Part shown: piece by piece, positions 50,873-63,565 of the stretch
Layout: every line of letters starts with the position of its first letter
How positions within the stretch are numbered: the stretch's first letter is position 1
From: Chromera velia
Lineage: Eukaryota
DNA length: 64,000 bases
NCBI GenBank assembly: GCA_018398765.1
Contig: JAHBMJ010000521.1
Span: 1 to 64,000 of the forward strand
Direction: 5' to 3'
Position numbers and translations under genes: made by a program
Notes under the pieces: model-generated
Databases searched by the model: none
Seen by the model: only the letters and a program-made list of their open reading frames with translations
What the model was told of the DNA's origin: nothing

Positions 50873-52312
50873 ACATTATGAATTTATGATAAAGTAAAAG
50901 TGAGCATCTGGGTGAATTAAATCTGATTCATGGTTTATACATGTGTGACAGTATCTATAGGACAGTATGTGATTGAGTCTGAATCAGGGTCATCTAGGTT
51001 AGATTTTTGATTAGGTAACTAGTGAAATAAACGATAATAAACCCTCTGGGCCTGCGAAACCTAGTGCGAAACTCAAATTTCTCAATCAGTGTGATTATTA
51101 CCAAGATGTGAACGTTTTCTCATTCAAAAAGGAAAATTTATTAGAGAGATTGACCGGGATTTTGACCTGCACGATTCTCAATTTGTCTTTGCACTGAGCT
51201 AAAAAGTTTTTAAAACACGTGAAACAACATGATGGAGCATGTAATACACGACCAGCTAGGTTTGTTGTCTGACCAATCTGAAATTCTAGTCTGGCTAAAA
51301 ACGACAGTATAAAATCCTGACAATACTTATAATGATCGAATTTTTAAGTTAGTAAACTTTAGTTTGAATAACATAACATCGAATAGCAGTGACTAAGCAG
51401 TCTAGAGTGTGCATTCAAAAAAAAAAAAAAAAAAGTGAAAAACCTTTTAGTTTTTTTTTTTTAGAAGACAAACGTGTGAAACTTTTTCTAAAAAACAATT
51501 CGTGACCTAGTTTATGACAGTCTAAAGTCTGCCTAGCACTCCTGCACAGTAGTACTATGAATAAGGACCCTAATGCTAGCCCTAATGGTACTTTACACCA
51601 GACTTTACATTCAGTGACAATTTTAGTCTAGCAAATTCAGATCACAACAGTAACAACCCGTGGACTCAAGGAAGCAAAGACGCAGCCCGCGGGGACCAAC
51701 TTCAACAGATTTGTTCACCTACCAGATCCAGTTATAGGAACACAAAAGGGACACGTTTGGTCCGCGATGCCGCGTGCAAGCAACTAGAGAGGTGATTAAA
51801 GAAAAAGGGGGGGCGCCACCTGAAAAGAAAAGCCGTACTAAATAATTAATTCATTTACTAATTCATAGAAATTACTAATTCAGAGTCTATCTATAATAAA
51901 ATAGCTATAGAGCTAGCTATATGGTGAAAGCTAAGGTGGTTTTTAGAGAAAGGGTTGAACACTAGAGGTAAAAAGCTTAGGTTGAATGATAAAAAAAAAA
52001 AAATTAAAAATTCAAAACCCCTTTTATTTTTTTTTTTGAGTGCACACCCTAGTAAGCAGTCCATTGCCATACATGGCGCGGAGGTCGGCTTACAAGAAAG
52101 TTTTACTATAGCTAAAAAAGCTATCGAAACAACTATTTTTAAATGATTAATTTCAGATTAAACTTGAACTTAAAACAAGTAAAATTTTGTTCACCTACAG
52201 CATTAAGTCTAAAAATGATTAAAAATTGATATAGTATTACTATGATGAAACTGTAGTTTTAAAATAGTGGGAAACACACATTTGTGCATACTGTGATTTC
52301 CAGAAGTTAATT

Positions 52313-52931
52313 TTATCTGTACATTGACTTGCCCCCCTTCAATTTTGCTTTGCCTGCCAGATGACCTGCCTCTTTGCTCTCTTCAAGCTTGGCTTTACGC
52401 TCTTCCTTTCTTTCGTCAACTTGCTGCGCAGCCGCCTCCGCCTTTCTCTCCATTTCGATCGACGTCTTTTTCTTCTGTTTCTCCAAACGTTGATCCAATT
52501 TTTCCTGGCGCTTGAATCTTTCCTCCTCTCTCTGACTCTGCTTTTCGTGGAACGAGAGCTGAGAATCTGCTTTTTGTTTTTTCTTCTGCTCTACTGGCTT
52601 CTTGTTGGCTTCCGCTTCCTGGTGAGCCTTGAGCTTCGCCATAAACTCATCGGACAACTGCAAGGGCTTTGGTGGAGGTAGCTCATCTTCATCACTCTCT
52701 GCTGCCCATACGGCAAACTTGCAATCGCCTCTATTGTGTTGGGGCATAAGCAGACGTTTCAGACCACAGAACGCCGAAGAGAAAGCGTCGCGATCAATCG
52801 TTGCCTGCAGGCTGAGGGAGTAATCATGGTTGGGAAACTTTAAGTATCCGGTGGAGTATTAGCAAATTAAGCGGATTTCTCTCGAATGCCACCCAACAAG
52901 AAGACAAGCTTTTCATTTTCGTGAAAAACAA

Positions 52932-52976
<45 letters not shown>

Positions 52977-53049
52977 TACACACACACACACACACGCTCG
53001 CACTCACTCACTCACTCACTCACTCACTCACTCATTCGCTCTCTCACGC

Positions 53050-53086
<37 letters not shown>

Positions 53087-53310
53087 AAGCGATAAGCGTC
53101 ACAGCCATGAAGTCCGAAAGAACTGCGGGAAGAAAAGGAGACGGCAGGCTCTGACACACATCATACGAGGGCCCAGCTTACCCGAGTACAAAGACGGATA
53201 GAAGTAGCTCGTGGTCGATCTGGGTCCAAAAGAAAAGCATACACCACCAGAAAGGGACCGATGACAAGCACTTACATACGAAGACTGATGTAGCGAGAGG
53301 GGGTCCTCAT
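52313..53310 (-). CDS. Small Lys/Glu-rich coiled-coil protein, possibly with a bipartite (signal + transit) leader
   Basis: Last exon ~52804-52313 is open (ATIDRDAFSSAFCGLKRLLMPQ...AESDEDELPPPKPLQLSDEF...). Plausible upstream exons 53310-~53280 and ~53122-53085 give MRTPSRYISLLLSDFMAVTLIAS. Confidence 0.55.
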
Positions 53311-53459
53311 ATGCAGAGCGACTCGGAGTCTTCGAACAACGCACAACATCCCACAACAGCGAAATGTATATATCTCTTTAGTGTCTCTCTGGTCCTGTGT
53401 CGGGCCAGTACACAACAGCGAAATGTAGACGGCATATGACGGCATAAAGAGAATTAAAT

Positions 53460-53520
53460 TTAGAGATGGCATGCATGCATGCGGTGCCGCATGGTGCCGC
53501 GGCTCCGGTTCAATGAATCT
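53460..53520. promoter_or_regulatory. Putative bidirectional promoter motif
   Basis: GGCATGCATGCATGC and GGTGCCGC x2 in the ~400-bp gap between divergent genes. Confidence 0.5.
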
Positions 53521-53727
53521 CCGTCCACAGCTCCGCTACGCTCCGCCCGAACCTGCATATCTCTAACGTCGATCATCTGAATGATCTGATTTGATTCTTC
53601 CACCAACCCTTGGTGAGCGGCTCTCAACTTCTCGGTGGAACCCAGCTTGAATACTTTCGGCCTTCCGAGCGGTGCCAAAAACTCGGGAGACAAAGCACAC
53701 CTTGGTATCTATCTCTCTGAGTTGAGG

Positions 53728-56700
53728 ATGGCATCTCCACAGGAAGGAGAGGAACCTCAGCTGCAGGTCCGGTGGGACACCTCTCAACAGCCGCGGAGAC
53801 TCTGCGCATAAATGCGGTGCATGTAACTGCACGTGTATTGTGTATTTATGTGTGCGCAGGTGGAGTTGGATGCCTTCCAGAACAGTCCGGTGGCCTACTT
53901 CCTCGACGTGGGGGAGCTCCTCGTTCTGTCCACCACGTGCAGACTGATCAGAAACAGGGTGCACGGAGGAGACTCGTCAGAGACGTGGACGAGACTGGCA
54001 GAAGAGAAAAAAATTTGGTGCCCGGAAGAATTCGAAAAGAAACAGGTGGGGACGGATGTCGCGGGTTTTTTCCGCCGTCTCCTCGCTACTGTGGATTTGT
54101 GGCTTTCGCCCTGTGTTCACTCACACATGAGAGGGGGAAACGGGGTCGTGTGCGTCTGTTTCTCCTGTGCCTTTCACTTTGTGTGGTGCTCATGTTTTTC
54201 CTCTCCTGTGCTCTGCTCTCCCCTGCTCTGTATGTATCTGATGGATCCCTCACTCGTTCAGCATCTCAGTTAATTTTTCCTTTATTTGCATGCACTTTTC
54301 TTCTCAGTTTCCCTTTATCTATCCATTCATCCATCCTTCCATCCTTCCATCGAGTCCTTTCCTCCTCTTTCCGTGGTTCTCTGTCGTCTGATTGAAGGCC
54401 CTTGGTCGTCTGTCCTTCGTTTTTCTCGTAGGAAACATTTACGCTTTGCACCTCTTCCTTCCTCCTCTTTCCTCCTCCCTCCCTCACTCTCTTTCTCTCT
54501 CTCTCCTCTTTTTTGCCTGCCTGCTTTCCGTCTGTCCGCATGCAGTTCGTGATCCACGAGAGCCTTTTTGTCTGCCTGCTTTCCGTCTGTCCGCATGCAG
54601 TTCGTGATCCACGACAGCCTCCTGGCTCCTCTGCGAACACGGGCGGAGGGCTGGCTATCTGAATGCATTGCCGAAAGGTCTGAGGGACAGAGTGAATGAC
54701 CCGGGGGGGGGATTTGCTCTGTTGAGTTCAAGTGGAACGAATAGGGACAGCGCAGATGCATCCGGCTATGCAGTGGAATGTTGTGAAGAGGAAAGAACGT
54801 TTCATGCACACGACGGAACGACCGTCTGTCCTGTCAGACTCTTTTTTCTCTTGGAGAAGAGACCGACTGGATTCCCTCTCTTCTTTTGGTACCTTCTCCT
54901 CCCTTCCCTCTATTACCCCGGCTGTTCGTTCCATTCTGTGCAGGAATGCCGTCTCTTGTGTGTTCCTGCCGTCTCCGAAGAAAGTATTCGACTGGGCCGA
55001 TCCTCTGCGTCCTGTGACTCTTCAGAGGAACACGCTCGTGACCGTCTCGCCGTCTCCCTCCAACGTTCTGAAAGTCTTCCACGTCTCCGGAGACGCCACT
55101 GCAGAAAGACAGGGACAGGGAAGTCATCTGCAAGCAGTGGCTACCCACACGCTGTCCTCTCCTGGCAAGGCGAAGGTGGCGGCAGTGGATATTTCAGACT
55201 CCTTCCTGGTCTTTTCCACCTCTCTCAACTGCCCCCTCCCATGCACGGGTGCTCAGGGGGAACCCTCGAGAATGAGACAGACCCCCGCTGTGGTCGCCTT
55301 CCACCTGCGGGGAGAGCACAGGAGGAGACTCAACCTGCGCGGTCACGACTCCACAGTTACTGCCCTCAAGTACGTGGATGGGGGCGTGCGTCAGTGACGA
55401 CAGGGGATGTTGCTCGTGGGTGTTTGGATGGTGCCAACAGGGAGGATTCTGTCCGGACGTTTTGGGATCTCTTTTTTCGCCCTCCCTCCCTCCCTGTCCT
55501 TTTTGTTCTGACAGAAAGAAAGGACAGACAGAGCACGCTTGCTACATCAGCCCAAGGATGCATGTCAAAAGGGCGTGTTGCTGCTGTACGCGCACGCATG
55601 TGCGACTTTTTCCTGTCCTATTCTGGTTGATGTTTTCCCTTCTCTCTTCATGTTTTTGTGCCTCGCTCTTTTCTCCCCTACCTGCGACCTCTTACTGTAC
55701 GTCTCTGTGTGTTTCGCCGAGGAGTACTGCGTGGAGGGAGCCCCTCTGTGTACAGTTTCTTTCGGTCAAATCGCATGCTTGCAAGGCCTTTTGTGTTCTC
55801 GCATGTGCTTGCAGACTTTCCAAGGGCCGTCGCTCTGTGTCTTCCTCTTCCCTAGTCTCCAGCAGGCGGAGAGGACGCGGAGCCACTGAGGACCTCTGCC
55901 TGTCGGTGTCCTATGACGGCACGGGCAGACTTTGGAACCTTCGGAGCGGGCAACTGAAGTAAGTCGGTAAGGCAGGGAGGGCGCCCCTGGCTCTCTGTTT
56001 GTCTTCCTTTCGTGCGTCTGTGATGTAGGATTTGACGCGCCAGCTTTCCTCAATTGACAGAAGTGTCCTTTCAAATTGAGTGAGCATTACGATCGAAGTT
56101 GCAGACGTACTCAGAATTAGTGACACCACCCGGGCAGTCAGAGTCGGTCAAAGCAGTCGACACACTCGTGAAAATTCAAGTGTCGTCTCAGTCTGGCTAA
56201 TCGTATTTGCCTGCCTGGTTGCCCGCCTGCTTACCTGCCTGCCTGAAAAGAGAGGGAGCCACTTCCTTTGCTGCTTCAGCTGCCCTCATGAGGATGTCCC
56301 GCTGCTGAGTGTCAATCATCCTGTCGCGTTTTTTCATTCTTTCACTTTCTTGCCTAGCTAGCTGCCTCTGTATCTGTTTGTCTGTTTGTCTGTGCACGCA
56401 CCCACGCAGCGCCGTCCTTCGTCCCTTTCGGAACGACTCGCTGCCCGCGGAGGTTCTCGAGAGTTCCACCCGGCCTGCGGAGAGGAGACTCGCGTTGTGG
56501 GATTGCGACTTCGCGCTGTGTGACGTGCCTGCTGTGCTGCCCTCTGAGGCTGCAGGGGCTCCTTCCTCTTCTGCCAAGACAGAGCAGAGGGAGGCAGAGA
56601 GGGATGCGGCCCTTCTGCTGTTCGTTGCAGATGACTTCGGCAGGGTGCACTTCTTTCTCTCGACCGTTCCTGATGCAGAGGACGACGTGTCGATCCTGAG

Positions 56701-58164
56701 GGGACAGCGTGGTTTGGGGTTTTTGGCAGAGACGGTAGCGGGCAGGGGGGCGGCAGAAGTGGAGCCATTCCATAGGGAGGGGGGGGATTTGCCAAATAGT
56801 GGGGGGGACAGGGAGAGAACGGGCGCATGCATTTGCATGGCCGCTCTGCCGAAGGGGGGCGTTTGTTCGAGACGCAGAGACGGGGGGATGGAAGAGGTCA
56901 GGCTAGCTTGCGGTTATGCCAGGGGGGTGCTGCGGGTGTATGGGATTCGCTTTCCCGAAATAGTCTCTGCCCAAGGGGGAGTAGGAGTGGGGCAGGGTGA
57001 GGGTAATGTTTGTGATCATCCTCGTGGGTTCTCTGACGCAAAGGAGGAGAGGCTGAAGATCCGTTATGAAGTACGGACGCTGTTCTCTGTGCCAGCTCAC
57101 GGGGGACTTCTGGTGGTTTCTGTTGCAACGGACCCGGGGGGACACGTGATTGCGACGGGGGGGAGGGACGGGATGGTCCGGCTGTGGGATGGATGGTTCT
57201 CTCAGGGGGGGGGGTTGGGGGAAGGAGGGGGGGATGCGATGGAGGAGCAAGGAGGGACAGGCGAGGGTAGGAGAGGACCCTTGCTGACCGAGCTAAAGGC
57301 GGCCTCGATGGATGTGAAGGCGCTGGCAATCGGAGGTGAGTGCCTTAATTTCGTTTTTGTTTTGGTTGGTGTGTTGATTGCCATCTCGTTGGAACAACGT
57401 CTGCATGAGTGGTCTGAAGTAAGGGAGTGCTTCATGTTTTTTGGGCTGGATGCTTGAGACAAAAGTAGGGGAGCGGGGGTTATTGACATACTTCGTGCCT
57501 ACCCGCCAGTCTTTCTCTCTCTTTCTCATCCGGTCTCTGCCCGTCTCTGTCTTCAATGACCGTCTTTCTTCGATCGACATTCGAGTGCATGCGCGTGTCT
57601 GCTTTTCTTCGGAGAGAGAGACCTTCGATCGGGCAAATTAATAGAACCAAGTCCGTGAATTTACCTGCCTTCCTTCCTCAAAATGGTCATTCAGAATTAA
57701 CTCTCCGCGAGGCACCGCACGTCCTTCGTGTCTGATGATGACGGGGATCGAGGATGCATGGGGTGCTGCGGGAAGGGATTCCAATTTTGTCCTTGAATTC
57801 TTCTACACACCTAGCTTGTTCGGGGGGGCAAGTTTGCGAGTGTCCTGCATGTATGGTAGTCGTAGTCCATGGCCGTGCGCGCGTGGCATCATGAATGGCC
57901 GGGTGCTTCCTCGTTGATGATGCAGACGGGCTGCGTTGCATCGTTGCCGGGGCCTTTGATGGGACGGTTCGAATCTGGAGGACCCCGGCCGGGGCCCTCG
58001 AAGGGGGGGTTTCGGGGTCTGGACGGTCCGACAGGGCGACGGGAGGTCTCCTGAATACCGTGGCGGGGGGTCTGTCTCGACTTTTGGGAGCTCGTGAGGG
58101 GGCTGCGGGCGGGGGTCAAGGGGATGGGGATAGGAAGGGGTCAGAGGAGTGTGTGGTGATGTGA
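53728..58164 (+). CDS. F-box/WD40-repeat protein (SCF substrate-adaptor-like)
   Basis: Exons 53728-53766, 53860-54045, 54601-54677, 54944-55369, 55815-55958, 56410-57335, 57926-58164. F-box-like VAYFLDVGELLVLSTTCRLIR...TWTRLA. WD40 motifs LRGHDSTVTAL, SVSYDGTGRLWN, AHGG...IATGGRDGMVRLWD, VAGAFDGTVRIWR. Confidence 0.85.
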
Positions 58165-60086
58165 TTTTTGTTGGCTTGCCGACTTTAACCACCTCCACTC
58201 AATTCAATTCAATTCAATTTAAAAAATAATAACTTTGAGTCAATAATTCAATTTAGCTACTCGTAGTTGCGGCAGATTCCTATTGCTGAGCCAATGGCGA
58301 TCGCATATTACTAGTGTGCTAACTAGTATGCTAATGCCATCATGATGATGATGACTAATCCAAATATTAATACGAAGCCACTTAATCTAAAATATGTATG
58401 CCCATATGATAATAGAAGTTCATACTGGCATATAGCATAGCACTGGCATTGGTTTTCCGGGTTTAGATGTTTATCATCAAATATGCAATGGCATGTTTAT
58501 TGATTGACTAGTTGATTGGTGTTTTTTGTTAGATTTATTGCTGTTTCATACTGTTAGTGGACAATCGTAGTACTTTATTATAATATTTCAAGTTCCGTTT
58601 AACTTCAATTTAAGACTTTAAGTTATTGTTTGACTAGCTATTTAACGAATGCTAGAACTAATGCTCAGCCTCAGGCTCGGATAAGTACGCACAAATACAA
58701 TAACATTAATACATCGTATAAGTATATAAGGCTCGATCTATCTAGATGTATTATATCAGTGACGCATACATAAATTGTATTCTTAGTGCATCAACTACAT
58801 TCTAGACTGTATTCCCACCAGAGTTTTTAGACTAGATTGTGTGTTTTCAAACCCGTAAAGAGTCACTTGCATCAGTTTTACATTTCTCAGGCTGTATATG
58901 ACGAGTAAACTCGATTGGAAGCTGAAGAATCCAGATGGCTGCTCTACGCAAAAAAAACATATATTGGACAACAAGATTAGCTACGAGCCCAATGTTGAAT
59001 TGCAGACATTGCAAAGCTGCAGTAAAAGCCTCTCTAGAAGCTTTGTCTCTTTCTCTGATTTTAAAGTAGTGGGGGGAGCGCATTTAAGCGCGTCTGCAAC
59101 CTTGAACAATGATACGTGAAAAACTGGAATAACAGCTGGTGACTTTCACGCGCCAATGTGGATCGATCACATGGATCCGTACGTCCACATGGTATTAATC
59201 TGTTTGCACCAAGGTCGATGGATCGACCCAAACTTTCTCTCCCCACGGTCCGCAACGTGTCTGTCCATGTTGACTCAATTGCAGGATCGATGCAGTCGTG
59301 GAGAGAGCCGGAACACGCACCTGAACTGTATGGAAAGTGTCATCCAATACTTTTGTTCCTCTTGTCTATCTTTCAGTGCTGTGCTGCTTTGTCTCCTTTT
59401 TCACTCCATTAATTGAAGTGAGTGAAGAAAGCCTCACTCAATGAATGGAGACGACCTGCATGCAGTCGGATTTATCAACGAGTGAATCCCTGGTGGACTT
59501 CATCGGGTGCTCAAAGGAGAGAGGCAGTGGTTGCTGGAAGCATACAAACAGAACAAGCGACGTATAGAATTAAATGCATTGGTGCACTGCAAAGCATGTG
59601 CACAAATACCTTCCCTCACATCAGCAATCAACAACTTGAAGAAAACAGAAAATCTGGGGATGGGAACCAACGAAGAGACTCGAATTAATGTCACAGAGAG
59701 AGCTTTACGTGCAACGCTTCGTCAATCAAGTCCGCCTGATCGAATAGAACGACAATCTATGCACTCCTCTAGCTGACTGTTCCTTCTTTACCAACAACCG
59801 AAGAGATACTGGCCAGTGAAAACTGTCAAGTAATGGAGCAAACCGTGCTAGCCTAGCTGTGAAAAGGAGTGAAAAGAGCAAGCAATAGAATCCTCGCTCG
59901 GGCAAACAAGGTCTTCCTCGGGGGATGAGAACTTGTCTGGGCCTTCCAGCGGGAAGATCTTTAGGAACACACAATTAACTTATCTGATCGAGCTTTTCTG
60001 TCAGCATGCATGACTTCTTAATTCCTGCAGTACGTTTAATTTTCCAAAACACGTACATGCATGTACATTCCAGTCGGCGTACCTGT

Positions 60087-60404
60087 TCAAGGGAGGAGGT
60101 TACCAGTGCCCTCGTCATAATAGTTGGCCTTCAAGATATCGTATGCTTTGTTCAGTTTCTGCTGTGCCACGGTCGCCTCCTTCTTTTTCGCTTCATCCTT
60201 CTGTCTGTCTGGGTGAAGGAGGAGGGACCGCTTCTTCCATGCTTTCGCGAGCTGTGAGAGATTGGCGGGCAAGCTGGTCATCTCTGGATCGAATACACTT
60301 GCGATTTTCGGCAGGCCCTTTGGCTTTGACGGCAGCCCCCGCGCCTCGTGAATGGCCTCCTGCCACTCCTTCCATTCCTCGCTGCACCCACACACAGACA
60401 CAGA

Positions 60405-60465
<61 letters not shown>

Positions 60466-61136
60466 CGGACGTGAGAGAGGGAGAGGGACAGAGAGAGGGA
60501 AAGAGGGGGGCTGAGGGAAGAGATACACAAAGGGAGGGATAGCAGAGAAGGAAATCTTCCTCAACAGCAACGCTCCCGTCAACCCACGCTGGCATTGCCT
60601 GACGGTGTACGCACTCGGGGCGACCACGCATGCAGTCCATAACGCAATTAAGAGAGCCCCTTTCACTTGCACCTCCAGCACCATGCATCACTATTTCTGT
60701 TTATGCACCAAAATTCAATTCAATCACGAATTAAATGGAAGTCATCATAGCAGGAGAGCACTCTAGCTAGCTGCATGACCGACTTTGATTCCCAGTCGAT
60801 GTCTTCCTCCTTCTCCTCAGGTTCCTCAGGCGCTTCAGGCTGGGCCTCTCCCTTCAGCAACGAGGCAATCTCCGTGAACCCTTTTCTCTCTGCGATTGCG
60901 AGAGGTGTGTCTCTCCACTGCGTGCATCAATGACGTGAGATATTCGTACACGAGTATTGAGAGCACACAAACAGAGGTGAGGGAGAAATGACGCGAAAAT
61001 TTGGTCCGACAGAATACAAAGGCACTAGCTGGTTGTGTACTCCCCCAGTCAGCCAATTAACCTGAAGGAAGGACTACATGCAGTCTCTCTGCTGGATTAT
61101 CTTTTTCTTTCTCTGTCTGTTCGTCTATCTGTCTGC

Positions 61137-61177
<41 letters not shown>

Positions 61178-61502
61178 CTTGTCTAAATGTCCCTGTCTGT
61201 CTGTCCGTCCCTATCTGTCTCTGTCTGTCTGTCTGTCTTGGGACAACGGGAAAGGGGCCGTGTGCATATCTGAGTGGTGTTCTTTCCCAGCGACTGGGGA
61301 CGTCCAAACCGTTCCTCTTGTCTGACCAATGCATTGACGACAGAAATGGGAGGAAGGTCTTTCTGAAAGGGGGGGGGGCGGCTGGTGCGTTTATGCGTTT
61401 CTTTTGTTGTAAGAACATGATTGACCTACTCTGCTGTTCGCAGCCATACAGAACGCAATGCAGAAAAATTGATATTCTTCGAAGACAAACACCATACACA
61501 CA

Positions 61503-61543
<41 letters not shown>

Positions 61544-62044
61544 GGACTGACGAAGTCCTTGATGTCTTTGTCTGCTCCTTTCTTCAGGAGGAAATCCACG
61601 ACCTCCTTCCGATTCTTGTCGACCAGACCGCCAGGTGGAGGGGCGTCTTTCCGAACTGCAGATAGAAACGGAGGAACACGTGTGCGCACAATGTTGCAAG
61701 TCTGTGCATGCGCTTTCTACACTCAGTTCTGAGGTCTCGGCAAGAATGGTCGGGTACAGAATTGCAGAGACGCGTTTGAAGATCAACGCACAACTTGATT
61801 CTTTGTATGCTGCACTCCACTTGCCTTAATTTGACTAGGCTCTTGAACAAAACACCTCCCGACACTGCTGCGCCGTCTGCATGCACTCTCATCGACTCTA
61901 CGCAACTAGAGAGAGAGGCACTTACACCCACTAAACCCGTCTACGTCCAATCAAACTTCATTCTGCATCATCCAAAAAAACTGTCCAGCCGTGAAAACTC
62001 CGAACAATCGACAGGCACACAACGTGCAGACTACATTCATACGC

Positions 62045-62082
<38 letters not shown>

Positions 62083-63178
62083 CACACCCGCCCCCTCATC
62101 TATAGATTCCCCCGGTCATTGACGAGACCTCACAGCTAGCCTCACAGTCAATCAACTCATGCGACAGGCACATTTCAGGCTGGCGGACCTTGTCAGGTGC
62201 GTTGATGTTTGCACCCTTCCCAGCAGAAAAGCTGCAACCAGCCTCTTGGTGACCCCCGTCGCACGCCCAGTGAAGCGCTGTCCCGCCGAACTGCATTTGG
62301 TTTCTGCATTGAACCGACTTCATCGATTGACACCTGGCACCATGAACCCATAAATTAAGTGATAGATTCACTTAAGTGCAGTGTTTCTGATCTGCTATGC
62401 TTAAAAGTGACTGGCGCTTCCAAAGCTGCTTCCCGTCTTTGCATTTACTTTTCCTTCGACTGTTTTTTCAAAAAGTCAAAAGCCATATATGTCTGAGTTC
62501 ACTGAGAGCATTTATTCTGGCAGCGGTATGATGACAACCACTGGCTTGGCTGAGTCTTTGCACACATCTGCACAAAGCTGTGTCAAAAGATGCACGCGAC
62601 GAACTTTCGAATAAAACACTCCTGCCGGGTACACTGATGCTTGCACTCGTTTAGAAAGCAAAGAGAAGGAATCTAACTGGAAAACATTTGCATCTCCCTT
62701 ATGTGCATCAATGTGTAACATGTTCTGTTCAGGATGCATGTGACAACTCTTTGCTTCTCCTGTTTGTTCAAAATACAAGCGCACATGCGAAGTAGATACA
62801 ATTAAAGTTCATGTAAACCCCATAGAAGGGTTGCATGCACAAGCCTGACCGCGTCCAATGCGTCCACTTTCACTTCGTGTTCGTCAAACAGAAGCTTGAG
62901 CGCCTCAACATCGCCTTGAGTGGCTGCGAGAGTCACCTCTTCTTGGCTGTCCTGCAATCGTCAGCAAAGTGGAGTCCGATGCATTACAAACATGCGTTCA
63001 TCATGCTGATCCGCATCACAAGTTCAACGACTCCAAATCGATCAAGGCACAGATGGCATTGCTCTAACGGACTCACGTTCAGATCCTTCACCTTCTTTTG
63101 AAGCTGTTGGAAGCGCTTCGCACCCACCAGGGCGAGAAGCACGAAGCCGAATGCTGCGAGAAACGAGACGGTTCTCAT
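60087..63178 (-). pseudogene. Signal peptide + 4 ankyrin repeats + C-terminal J-domain gene, frameshifted as assembled (pseudogene or assembly error)
   Basis: Exons 63178-63077 (MRTVSFLAAFGFVLLALVGA...), 62951-62850, 62290-62189 (FGGTALHWAC), 61655-61552 (FGKTPLHLAV; 104 nt, 5-nt insertion), 60917-60784 (WRDTPLAIA), 60381-60087 (LAKAWKKRSLLLHPDR...QQKLNKAYDIL, HPD motif). Confidence 0.75.
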
Positions 63179-63414
63179 TGCTTGCTCGTGGGTCTGTGCA
63201 GGCAGACTCGCGCGAAGTGCGCTTCTGGCAATTGAAGAAAGACGGGTGCAGTGATTCCTTTGTTTTCCCTTTTTTCTCTTCTTGGATCATGAGCTTGCTG
63301 AGCAGGGCGACATTACATAAGAATTCGATCAACGGTCAAGTCAAATACAGTATACTCAGTGCATGTCGATCAATTACTCGCGATTAGTTTCGTTGAAAAC
63401 ATGTTGAAAATTAA

Positions 63415-63565
63415 CTCTATATATATATAGCTGCATGCATGCATGCGTGCAAATTAAGAAGATGAAAAATACCAAAACAAAAAAGAAGAATGTAAGTCAG
63501 CTATAGTCAGCTATAGTCAGCTGCATAGCTCGCGCGCCTTGCGCGCGGAAAGAGCTATAGTGACT
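63415..63565. promoter_or_regulatory. Putative promoter of the ankyrin/J-domain gene
   Basis: (TA)n, TGCATGCATGCATGC, tandem GTCAGCTATA and CGCGCGC..GCGCGCG about 250-380 bp upstream of ATG 63178. Confidence 0.5.

Noticed and set aside
58898..59776. Short plus-strand ORFs as a gene or transposase remnant
   Set aside because: They are fragmented by stops with no motif I can recognise; a pseudogene cannot be excluded.
60193..60684. ORF MVLEVQVKGALLIALW... as the J-domain's own signal-peptide exon
   Set aside because: It is in a different frame from the J-domain and runs through SSRs; exon 60917-60784 supplies a phase-matched donor.
61255..61310. WERTPLRYA as a fifth ankyrin exon
   Set aside because: The rest of the repeat consensus and a matching donor are absent, and it runs into (GACA)n.
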